NCBI GenBank assembly: GCA_963666275.2
Contig: CAXXOA010000002.1
Location: forward strand, 1,280,001 to 1,344,000
Direction: 5' to 3'
Length of the DNA: 64,000 nt
Source: Oceanispirochaeta sp.
Lineage (GTDB): Bacteria > Spirochaetota > Spirochaetia > DSM-2461
Shown: positions 1 to 8,825 of the stretch, piece after piece
Layout of the letters: the number at the start of each line of letters is the position of its first letter
Position numbering within the stretch: the stretch's first letter is position 1
Position numbers and translations under genes: made by a program
Notes under the pieces: model-generated
What the model was told of the DNA's origin: nothing
Database searches by the model: none
What the model saw: the letters and a program-made list of their open reading frames with translations, nothing else

Positions 1-415
1 AGGACGTTTCAGAATTCCTTTCCCTGCAAACAGTATCTCATTACACAATCCAGGGTTTTAACCGGAACACCTGATAGAGAGTCCCGGATAAACCAGGCAT
101 TACCGACCTGAGATCTCTCCTTCCATAGAGATATTTCCCAGGCATGGCTGTGAAAGCCGGCAGAGCCCGGGGGGGGAATCTCTCCGTCTCCCCAGAACAC
201 AGAGGCTCCATACTTACATTCCAGTTCGCCCGCACAGATTCTGCATCCTTCAGGATGTCCTCATCCTGTGATACTTTTTTCCATCAGAAGGGAATTGAAT
301 TGTCTTTAATGGATAAATATATAAAATAAATTTGTACCTTACAGCCAGTGACTTGAGGTCCTCTGTCTTCTAAAATCGGTAAATATATATCTATAAATAA
401 GTATTGGAGAAAGCA

Positions 416-2305
416 ATGAAATCTATTTTAAGGAGCTTAGCCGTTCTGCTTCTGACAGCGGCTGTATTTTCCGGCTGCAGCAGCGGAAAGATGAAAGATG
501 GTACCTATGTTTCATCGGCAGATGGCCATAATGGACCTATAAAAGTTGAAACAGTGATCAAAGACGGCGCCATATCAGAAATACATATTCTGGAGCATAA
601 GGAAACTTCCGGTATAAGCGATGGAGCAATCGAGAGGATTCCCCATGCAATCATAGAAAATCAATCTCTGGCGATTGATACTGTTTCCGGAGCGACCATG
701 GTCAGCAAAGGTATCATTGCGGGTGTTGCCGAAAGCATCAGAAAAGCCGGCGGTGATGTAGACAAGCTTATGGTGCCTCTTTCGAAACAAGATGTAAAGA
801 CTGAAGAGTTCGAGGCAGATGTTATTGTTATCGGAGCTGGAGGAGCGGGAGCTGCCGCAGCTGTTACTGCTGCAGAAGGAGGTAAGAAAGTTCTTCTCCT
901 TGAAAAAGCGGGCAATCCCGGTGGTACGACAATCATGGCGTCCGGCTTGTTCGCAACGGATTCCTATCAGCAGAAAGCCATGGGTATTTCCGTTCCCACG
1001 GATGAGGTCTATCAGGAATGGCAGGAGTATTGCAGTTGGTTGAATGATCCGGTGCTGACCTGGAACTTCTTCAAAAAATCTGCTTCCACTATCGAATGGC
1101 TGGAAGAACGGGGGTATGAACTGGAGCTGGTAGCCAATGTTCAGAAGGTTCATGAAGGACAATGGCAAACTTATCATGCCTTTAAAGATGAAACCAAAAA
1201 AATGGACTACCTGAAAAACCTTCTTTCCCTGGTTGAAAAGAATGGTGGAACCATAATGTATGAAACCCGTGCGCTTAGATTGCTTCAAACCGATGGTATT
1301 GTTACTGGAGTTGAGGCGCAGAAAGCAGACGGAACAGTTCTGTATGCAAATGCTGAAGCTGTAGTTCTGGCTACAGGCGGTTTCGGCGCCAGCGTGGAAG
1401 TCATGAACCGGGTTACCGGTGGAGCCCATTTCAGCCTGCTGAATTCAGGAACACAGACTGGTGATGCTATTGCAATGGCTACATCGGTAGGAGGTGATGA
1501 CCTTGCCGGTGCTTTTCCTCACTCTCATGGCGTGGACATGCCCTTCGATATTATCAATGCAGCCGGCATAATTGATGACAGGGGAGCCCGGGGAGGCATA
1601 GAATCGGTGAACCACTTTGCCAACTACCCGGGTGCTCTCTGGGTCGGAACTGGTAGCAGGCGGTTTGCTTCTGAAGCTATTTGCTATGATAGTGCTCTGG
1701 TTGCAAATGCTACCTATGCGGCCGGGGGAAACTACTATGTTATCGTCGATCAGAAAAGTGTCGATGCCCTGGAAGAAGGCGGCTCTGGTATGCTTGGCAT
1801 CAATATGAGTCCTGAACGTCTGGCCGGTCAGGAATTGGCTCCCACCAGAACTCCCTGGACAGATTTGACAAAACAGTTCGAGACAGCCATTGAACTGGGC
1901 GGTGCCTTCAAAGGGAACTCCATAAAAGAGCTGGCTGAAGCGATCGGGATAGATGCGGAAACTTTGGAAAAAACTGTGGACAGCTACAATGAAATCTGCA
2001 AATCAGGTGTTGATGAACAGTATCAGAAAGATCCGATGTATCTGATCCCTGTCTCTGAAGGTCCTTACTATGCAGTAAAAGGGCAGACTGTCGCACTGGG
2101 AGGATTGGGTGGTATTAGAACGAATTCCCGTCTCAATGTAACCAGAGCCGACGGAAGTATTATTCCGGGCCTATACGCCGCGGGCAATGATGTTAATGAA
2201 ATCTATAATAATGTTTATCCTCTTATCGAGGGAGTTACCTGTGGTTGGGCATTCAACTCCGGCCGTATGGCGGGAGAAGCCCTGCTGGAAGATTTATCCA
2301 AATAA
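416..2305 (+). CDS. Lipoprotein flavin reductase: FMN-binding (flavinylation) domain fused to FAD-binding fumarate/urocanate-reductase-family domain
   Basis: Lipobox VFSG-C; FMN_bind motif DTVSGAT; dinucleotide fold VIVIGAGGAG, LATGGF, GLYAAG. ATG at 416 follows GGAGA (ORF track opens at 404). Confidence 0.9.
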   Translation: MKSILRSLAVLLLTAAVFSGCSSGKMKDGTYVSSADGHNGPIKVETVIKDGAISEIHILEHKETSGISDGAIERIPHAIIENQSLAIDTVSGATMVSKGIIAGVAESIRKAGGDVDKLMVPLSKQDVKTEEFEADVIVIGAGGAGAAAAVTAAEGGKKVLLLEKAGNPGGTTIMASGLFATDSYQQKAMGISVPTDEVYQEWQEYCSWLNDPVLTWNFFKKSASTIEWLEERGYELELVANVQKVHEGQWQTYHAFKDETKKMDYLKNLLSLVEKNGGTIMYETRALRLLQTDGIVTGVEAQKADGTVLYANAEAVVLATGGFGASVEVMNRVTGGAHFSLLNSGTQTGDAIAMATSVGGDDLAGAFPHSHGVDMPFDIINAAGIIDDRGARGGIESVNHFANYPGALWVGTGSRRFASEAICYDSALVANATYAAGGNYYVIVDQKSVDALEEGGSGMLGINMSPERLAGQELAPTRTPWTDLTKQFETAIELGGAFKGNSIKELAEAIGIDAETLEKTVDSYNEICKSGVDEQYQKDPMYLIPVSEGPYYAVKGQTVALGGLGGIRTNSRLNVTRADGSIIPGLYAAGNDVNEIYNNVYPLIEGVTCGWAFNSGRMAGEALLEDLSK

Positions 2306-2318
2306 TTTTTTGTAAATC

Positions 2319-2348
2319 CGCAGGCAGGAACTCTTGCTCCTGCCTGCG
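2319..2348 (+). terminator. Stem-loop after reductase gene (terminator or mRNA stabiliser)
   Basis: CGCAGGCAGGA / TCCTGCCTGCG perfect 11-bp inverted repeat, weak U-tract. Confidence 0.55.
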
Positions 2349-2371
2349 CTTCTCTATAGGTTTTAATCAGT

Positions 2372-3592
2372 ATGAATTCTGATCAACCACCATCCGATTC
2401 TCAGATGCATAAGGCTGGGGAGATATTCCTCAATTGTCTTGCACAGGGAGTTGGAATCAAAGGTCTTTTAAAAAGTGCTTTTGAACTTTTACAAATGCCC
2501 ATGCATATTCTGGATCCATCTTTTCTTGAACTTGAAAGGATCGGAGGGGAAGATCTTCAGGATCTCCGCTGGCTGGAATACCGTGATACCGGCTATATTT
2601 CAGAAGTTCAACTCAGGCGTCTCAGAACCTCCGGTTTTCTTGAAAAGGTACAGACTGCCGGCGAACCCGTAGTCGATAAAAGCATTCCGGGAATGGATGT
2701 GATAGGATGCGATGTTTATGCACGGGGTAAGCTGCTGGCACGATTGGGGATATGGTGTATCCGGCCCTACACACAGGACGACCTTGCCATTGTGAAGGTT
2801 TTCGGTAAAGCGCTTTCAGCGGAACTGCAGAAAAGCCATCCGTCCTACCTGGATCTGAACAGGCAGAGCGAATACTTTCTGAATAAAATTATATCAAACC
2901 AAATCGAGACGGATGATATGGTCAACGCTCTGGCGGAACGCTACAATGTGAAAAAAACTCCACAGATGAGACTTTTCCTTGTCCGACAGGAAACCGGAGG
3001 GGATGGTGTCAGCACTCCAGAGTATCAGAAAAACCGTCTGGGACGGCAGAGGTTTGCCCTTATGGCTTCCAGCCTGAGAGGACTCGTTGCCGTTGTTATC
3101 GATAATAAAGGGTTTTCAACCTGGATGGAGTCCTTCCCTTTTTCTCCTCACTTCGGGGAGCTTCTATGTGGTATCAGCAGAGAGTTTCACAGTCTCGAGA
3201 GCCTCTTTGAAGCCTACAGGGAAGCAGAGGCCGCTTTACGGTTCGGAGAGGGCAAACAGGTTTGCACATTGTATGATGAGGTTTTCTTTTTTGATCTTCT
3301 CTCTTTGAGCGGCAATACAAGAGGAGATATACAGAAATTATGCTCTCCCAGTATATTAAAGCTCAAGGAGAGAGACGATTCCACAGGTAGTTCTTTAATG
3401 GAAACTCTTGAGGTATATATTCTGAACTCCGGGAATATGAAAAAAACAGCGGAGTCCTTGAACATCCATTACAATACGATGAAATACAGGATGGAAACTA
3501 TTAAGCAGACTCCTGGACTAGAGTCTTTGTCCTATCTGGAACTGTTTAAAGCCTATCTTTCCATACTCATGCTGAAAAAGAATTCAGGGTAA
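2372..3592 (+). CDS. PucR/CdaR family transcriptional regulator
   Basis: C-terminal LMETLEVY...NMKKTAESLNIHYNTMKYR (HTH_30) preceded by GISREFHSLESLFEAYREA GGDEF-like region. Confidence 0.9.
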   Translation: MNSDQPPSDSQMHKAGEIFLNCLAQGVGIKGLLKSAFELLQMPMHILDPSFLELERIGGEDLQDLRWLEYRDTGYISEVQLRRLRTSGFLEKVQTAGEPVVDKSIPGMDVIGCDVYARGKLLARLGIWCIRPYTQDDLAIVKVFGKALSAELQKSHPSYLDLNRQSEYFLNKIISNQIETDDMVNALAERYNVKKTPQMRLFLVRQETGGDGVSTPEYQKNRLGRQRFALMASSLRGLVAVVIDNKGFSTWMESFPFSPHFGELLCGISREFHSLESLFEAYREAEAALRFGEGKQVCTLYDEVFFFDLLSLSGNTRGDIQKLCSPSILKLKERDDSTGSSLMETLEVYILNSGNMKKTAESLNIHYNTMKYRMETIKQTPGLESLSYLELFKAYLSILMLKKNSG

Positions 3593-3761
3593 AGGTTCTG
3601 ATACAGTCCCGGGTTTACAGGATTGGAATCAATAATCTGGTGAGAGGGGAAAATTAAGACAGCTCCGTTCTGAATCAGCGTCGGAGATATCCCCGGTTCA
3701 ATATTGAACTAAGCGGTTAAATAGGATAAAAAGACCTTTAAACCATTTTCCGGAGCGTCCC

Positions 3762-4355
3762 ATGCAAACCAGTCTTTTCGCCTCAATCATTCAGCTGTTT
3801 TTTATCTTTACCCCCTTCTTTGTTCTGTCTATGTTCCTGTCCATGACGGCTCATCTGGATAAAAGAGAGAAGATTATCCTGATTATGAAAACAACTTTTT
3901 CGGTTGAGGTGATCTGCCTGATCATCATTTTCGGGGGAAGAACAATTTTCTCCCTTTTCGGAATTACTGTGGATGCCTTTAAAACCGGTGCCGGGGCGAT
4001 CCTGTTCTTAAGTGCCGTGGACCTTGTTCAGGGCAAGAATGCCCAGTCCAAAACCATCGATAACGATGATATTTCTGTTGTTCCTCTCTCCATTCCCATC
4101 ATCGTGGGACCGGCGACCACCGGTACTCTGATGGTAATGGGGTCCACCTACAAGACTTCGGGAGATTACATTACAGGATTTATTGCTGTATCCATAGCTG
4201 TTTTTCTGGTGGGACTGATCCTTCTGATTTCCCCCTGGCTGGAAAAGGTTCTGAAGAAAAAAGGGATTACCATACTGAGCCGCCTGACGGGACTGATCCT
4301 GTCGGCTCTGTCGGCACAGATGGTTTTTACAGGGGTTCGGAATCTTCTGAATTAA
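3762..4355 (+). CDS. marC: MarC family membrane protein
   Basis: Six hydrophobic segments; VVPLSIPIIVGP and RLTGLILSALSAQM motifs. Confidence 0.9.
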   Translation: MQTSLFASIIQLFFIFTPFFVLSMFLSMTAHLDKREKIILIMKTTFSVEVICLIIIFGGRTIFSLFGITVDAFKTGAGAILFLSAVDLVQGKNAQSKTIDNDDISVVPLSIPIIVGPATTGTLMVMGSTYKTSGDYITGFIAVSIAVFLVGLILLISPWLEKVLKKKGITILSRLTGLILSALSAQMVFTGVRNLLN

Positions 4356-4517
4356 GCGGCCGGGTTGTTTTCAGTCATAGACCGGAGTATTTCTGTACGT
4401 CCCTGTAAGAAACTCATGTAATAGTTTTGATTGGAAAATAGTTGTTCTTTATTAAAAGATGCAGAATCGCAGCATATTAATTTGCACCTTAAAAATCTGA
4501 TCATTAGAATTATTGAT

Positions 4518-5762
4518 ATGAAAGGAAGAGATCTTGATGCTCTTGTTGTTGTCCTGGCCGGCGGAGAGGGGCAACGGTTAAAACCTCTTACTGAAAAACG
4601 CTTGAAACCTGCTGTTCCCATAGGAGGGAAATTCCGTCTCATTGATATTCCCCTCAGCAATGCCTATCATTCCCGATTCAGGAAAATCCTTATTTTGTCT
4701 CAGGGAAAAGACCGATCTCTGCACAGGCATATAAAGGATACCTGGTCTACAGATGAAAAATCGGACAGTTTTGTGAATTATCTGTCTCCCCAGACTCTGG
4801 GAACCAGTTATGCCGGAGACGCCGACGCTGTGAGGCAGGCTCTGGAGGATATCCAGTATTACGACCCGGATTATGTTCTGGTCGTTCCCGGGGACCATCT
4901 GTTAAGGATGCAGTATTACGATTTCCTGAAGTATCTGGCTGATAATAAAGGGGATGTCCTTATCAGCGTTATTCCCCAGTCTATGGAGAAGGCCGCGGAT
5001 TTCGGTTCTATTCAGATAGGTGAAAACTCCCGTATCATCTCCTTCCGGGAAAAAGACATAAATACCCCCTGGCGGATCGAAGGGACGGATACTTTTTATG
5101 CTTCCATGGGAATTTACGCCTTTAAAAAGGATATCCTGATAGAGGCACTTAAGCATCCGGGAGATCTGTTCGGAAAGAATCTGCTGCCGGAACTGCTTCA
5201 GGACTACAAGGTTTTGGCCTATGATTACTGCAGGCATAATCATATTCCCGAAATCGTCCTTGCGGAACAGGAGGGGCAACTGAAGGAAGTCCGGGAAAAT
5301 TCCAGCAGAGACAGTTGTTACTGGAGAGATGTGGGAACCATCGGAGAATATTTCAGAGCGAATATGGATCTGGTTTCTACCTTCCCCAAATTCAATCTTT
5401 ATAATAGGGAGTGGCCCTTTTTTTCCATGAACAATCATCAGGGGCCGGCCAAGGTGATTAATCCCAATGGGAAAGGTCTGGTGGAAAGCGCCATAATCTG
5501 TGAGGGATCCTTCCTCAGCGATGTGAGAGGAAAGGACCTTGTCATCTCTCCTTCCGTATACATTTCCAATTCTGATCTTGATCAGGTGATCTGTTTCAAC
5601 CGTTGTATTATAAAGGATTGCCGGATTAAACGTACCATTATCGATAAGAATGTAAATATTCAGGGGCTGGAAATCGGCTTTGATGAAGAGGCAGACAGAG
5701 CCCGGGGTATTTACATTGACCCGGATTCGGGCGTTCGGGTTATCAGGATGTTTTTTTCATAA
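4518..5762 (+). CDS. glgC: Glucose-1-phosphate adenylyltransferase (ADP-glucose pyrophosphorylase)
   Basis: LAGGEGQRLKPLT..RLKPAVPIGGKFRLIDIPLSN, ASMGIYAF, YWRDVGTI, C-terminal beta-helix; ATG 4518 preferred over 4431. Confidence 0.85.
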   Translation: MKGRDLDALVVVLAGGEGQRLKPLTEKRLKPAVPIGGKFRLIDIPLSNAYHSRFRKILILSQGKDRSLHRHIKDTWSTDEKSDSFVNYLSPQTLGTSYAGDADAVRQALEDIQYYDPDYVLVVPGDHLLRMQYYDFLKYLADNKGDVLISVIPQSMEKAADFGSIQIGENSRIISFREKDINTPWRIEGTDTFYASMGIYAFKKDILIEALKHPGDLFGKNLLPELLQDYKVLAYDYCRHNHIPEIVLAEQEGQLKEVRENSSRDSCYWRDVGTIGEYFRANMDLVSTFPKFNLYNREWPFFSMNNHQGPAKVINPNGKGLVESAIICEGSFLSDVRGKDLVISPSVYISNSDLDQVICFNRCIIKDCRIKRTIIDKNVNIQGLEIGFDEEADRARGIYIDPDSGVRVIRMFFS

Positions 5763-5798
5763 TCAATATCTGATTTTATGATATATTGGGACTCTGCC

Positions 5799-5857
5799 AG
5801 AAAAAGCCCCGGAGACTGTCAGGGAAATAATCCCGTCTCGTCTACAAGGCTTTTTCT
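5799..5857. terminator. Inverted repeat between convergent glgC and OmpA genes (possible bidirectional terminator)
   Basis: AGAAAAAGCC...GGCTTTTTCT flanking an imperfect inner stem. Confidence 0.45.
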
Positions 5858-5877
5858 ATCTATTACCGGTAAGAACT

Positions 5878-8316
5878 CTATTTGACCAGGATGAACTCAA
5901 CTCTCCGGTTTTTCCAGCGGTTGGTTTCGTCACTATGGGGAACAATCGCCTGGTACCCGCCGAAGCCTACAGCAGACATCCTGCCGGCGCTGATTCCTCT
6001 TCTCACAAGGGCTTCCAGGATTTTTTCGGCCCTTTCCTGAGACAGGGGCAGGAGAACCTCATCTTCTTCGTTCTTCCATCTCTTCTCATCATTCCAGAAG
6101 ATTCGGACCGCATGACCTTCCAGGCGGATATTATACTGGGAATATTTTTTCAGTATAACTGCAAGCCTGTCCAGGGTTGCCAGGTTCCGTTCTCTCAGAT
6201 CCTTTTCCACCGAGAGGTAGTCCGCTGTATAGGGCTTGAAGTAAATGCTGGAGATTATGATTTTCAGCCGGTCTCCCTCTTTCAGTACCAGAATATCCAC
6301 AGGAAGGGTCAACGTTTCGGTATGCCTGTTGCCGACCATATCGACTGCGGACACTTCCAGCCTGTAGTCGGAAGCTGACTGAACCAGTTCTCCCCGCTTG
6401 TCCCGTCCATTCCAGGTAAAAACTCCATTCTTCATGCTGGTCTGGTCGAATGTGACAAAAAGATTGCCTGCGGGATCAAGAATCCGGCCGCTCCAGGAAC
6501 GGATCCCGGAATCATCACTTGGTTCGACACTGATATTCAGGCGGTCATTCGCCCCGTCTCCGTCAGGAGAAAATGGGAGAGGTGATGCGGACAGCTTCAC
6601 AGCCGGCGCAGTCAGGTCCACAATAAAGGGGGCAACCGTCACAGCGGTTCCCAGATTCCCCTTTTCATACTCTACAAACAGAGAGGCATTGAATTTGCCT
6701 TCCTGCAGAGCTCCCTCTTGATTATGGCCGTCCCAGAAAAGGGTCTCTGGTACGACAGCATTCTGGCCGCTGACGGAATAAACCGTATTTTCAACGCTGT
6801 CGGTGATCAGGAATTCCCAGCCGGTGATTCCGGTAGAGACTTCAGGTTTCAGCTCAAAGGCGATCAGGTCCGCATCACCGTCCTGATTCGGGCTGAAAAC
6901 ATTGCTCGAGGGGGTGAGTCTCACAGGCGTGGGAGTTGTATCCACCCGGAACAGGGAGGACAGGAAGAATGCGGTATTGCCGGCGCTGTCTGTAGATGAA
7001 AGTCTGTACTGATAGTTGTCATCAGGAACGACCGCTCCGGTCTGGTCCCTTCCATCCCACTGTACCGGAACAGCCCGTACTTTCCATTCCCAGGTGCGCA
7101 GGATTCTGCCGCCGGACTGGATCTGGCCCTTCCATACAGGTTCAGGACTTGTTGTCTGAAAAATCTCTGTTTCATCTTTCCTACCGTCTCCGTCAGGAGA
7201 AAAAACGGTATAGAGACTTTTTATAACAGCCTGGGGAGGGGTAATATCAAGGTTCAGTCTATCGGATACGGCTTTCTGCCTGTCTCCGTTTTTGTAAAGA
7301 ACATCCACAAAAGCATAATAGTAACCCTCAGGAAGAACAGTCCCGGCAGATTTTCCATTAAAGAAATACAGGTTCGGACCATTTTCAGTCAGGGAGGATA
7401 CAACAGCTCCTTCCATGTTGATGATGCCCATTTTCAGGGTCTGAATTCTGGTTCTGTCCCCTAATGTTATCTGAATATCTACCGTATCTTTCACCCCGTC
7501 ACCGTTTGGACTGAAATCCGGCGAAGACAGCAGAGTCATACCTACCGGATAGACCGTGTTGTCTATCTGGATTTTATCAACAATCAGAGAGGTTCTGTTG
7601 CCGGCTTCATCAACCGAATCCAGGTGGTAGGAGAAGAGACCTTCCAGTACCGGTGCCCCCGTTTCATCCAGTCCGTCCCAGGAGAAATCCTGAACCGGGC
7701 CTATCCAGGTATATGACCGGACCTGGTTACCCGTTTCATCTAGAATGGTACCGGTCCACAGGGACTCGGATGAGGAGTGCAGCTGATACACATCGAGAGT
7801 GTCCTGACTGCCGTCACCGTTTGGAGAAAAAATTGTATAGGGCAGGTAAATTTCTGCATTGGGAGCGGTATTGTCCACACGGATCGTCAGAGGTCCATAA
7901 CTGCCGCTGTTTCCGTTACCATCCTTTACATCTGCAAAAAGCATATAGGGACCGTCGGGAGCCCATGAACCATCAGGGAGTCTGCCGTCCCATGAAAGGT
8001 CCTCTGGTAAAGTCACTCCCTTCTTCCTTTTAAAGAATCCCTTCTTCTCTTCTTTCTGTTCCGCCAGAAAAGCAATCTCATCCTTTTCTGAAAGGATTCT
8101 GATGCTGTACTCCTGCAGTTTCAACCCTTTTATATGAGGAACATAAAGATTTAAAGAGACCTCATCCATCACCCCGTCCTGATTCCTGGGGGAAAGATAG
8201 ATCTCTTCCATTTCAGATTCTAACGGGATGTCCCCTTTAAAAGTAGCACATCCTGCCGCCACAAAGATCACTGTCAGAATAACAGATGCTTTCAGTGTAC
8301 GCAAAAACCTCTTCAT
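5878..8316 (-). CDS. OmpA-family lipoprotein with six FlgD-type Ig-like repeats
   Basis: Lipobox VAAG-C; six (F/L)SP..DG..D repeats, most followed by W(D/N)G; C-terminal LEGHA...LSQERA...KNRRVEF OmpA domain. Confidence 0.85.
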   Translation of the reverse strand: MKRFLRTLKASVILTVIFVAAGCATFKGDIPLESEMEEIYLSPRNQDGVMDEVSLNLYVPHIKGLKLQEYSIRILSEKDEIAFLAEQKEEKKGFFKRKKGVTLPEDLSWDGRLPDGSWAPDGPYMLFADVKDGNGNSGSYGPLTIRVDNTAPNAEIYLPYTIFSPNGDGSQDTLDVYQLHSSSESLWTGTILDETGNQVRSYTWIGPVQDFSWDGLDETGAPVLEGLFSYHLDSVDEAGNRTSLIVDKIQIDNTVYPVGMTLLSSPDFSPNGDGVKDTVDIQITLGDRTRIQTLKMGIINMEGAVVSSLTENGPNLYFFNGKSAGTVLPEGYYYAFVDVLYKNGDRQKAVSDRLNLDITPPQAVIKSLYTVFSPDGDGRKDETEIFQTTSPEPVWKGQIQSGGRILRTWEWKVRAVPVQWDGRDQTGAVVPDDNYQYRLSSTDSAGNTAFFLSSLFRVDTTPTPVRLTPSSNVFSPNQDGDADLIAFELKPEVSTGITGWEFLITDSVENTVYSVSGQNAVVPETLFWDGHNQEGALQEGKFNASLFVEYEKGNLGTAVTVAPFIVDLTAPAVKLSASPLPFSPDGDGANDRLNISVEPSDDSGIRSWSGRILDPAGNLFVTFDQTSMKNGVFTWNGRDKRGELVQSASDYRLEVSAVDMVGNRHTETLTLPVDILVLKEGDRLKIIISSIYFKPYTADYLSVEKDLRERNLATLDRLAVILKKYSQYNIRLEGHAVRIFWNDEKRWKNEEDEVLLPLSQERAEKILEALVRRGISAGRMSAVGFGGYQAIVPHSDETNRWKNRRVEFILVK

Positions 8317-8481
8317 TGTATCTCTCCATTATCCATTTACGCAGGAATACTCCATTGCCTCATAAATGGATTTCAAATGTAACTGTGCGAAATCCTTGGT
8401 AAAGAGGAATCTCATCTTTTATCAAGGAAAGCAAAATGACTTTAAAAGAGAATGATTTATAGAATTTCAGAAATAGTTCCA

Positions 8482-8685
8482 TCATGTCTCTCTTTTCTCG
8501 AATCTTAGAATCTCAAGCCCCATATCGCGGAGTATATTGATAATTCCGTATACAGCACTCTGGTCTTTTAAAGAGCCTGACAGTCTGGTTGTTCCGTTTT
8601 GCTGCTGTTCCAGTTTCAACCCCTGGAACGCCGACTCCCTGTATCCTGCCATTTCACCTTTCACAATGATTTCATAGAATCCCAT
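8482..8685 (-). CDS. Small conserved-looking hypothetical protein (ACT-like), divergent from MalT-like regulator
   Basis: 67 aa, YEIIVKG...TRLSG.LKDQSAVYGIINILRDMGL pattern; GGAG/GGGA upstream. Confidence 0.7.
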   Translation of the reverse strand: MGFYEIIVKGEMAGYRESAFQGLKLEQQQNGTTRLSGSLKDQSAVYGIINILRDMGLEILRFEKRET

Positions 8686-8825
8686 ATTGTCCCGCTCCGT
8701 TTTACTGAAAATATAGGCTTTCCGGCTGTTTTATACCCCTTACTAAAGTCAGGTTTCTGGTAAGGTTTTTGTTGTGGTAATGGTGATGATGATGTAAAAT
8801 TTCTTACTGTTTGGAGAGTCCTTCT

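Noticed and set aside
1..330. Short ORFs on both strands and a G-homopolymer near 169-176
   Set aside because: All frames close within about 65 codons and carry no recognisable motif; a gene, pseudogene or phase-variable tract cannot be supported
575..1429. 284-aa minus-strand ORF
   Set aside because: Antisense shadow of the well-supported reductase gene
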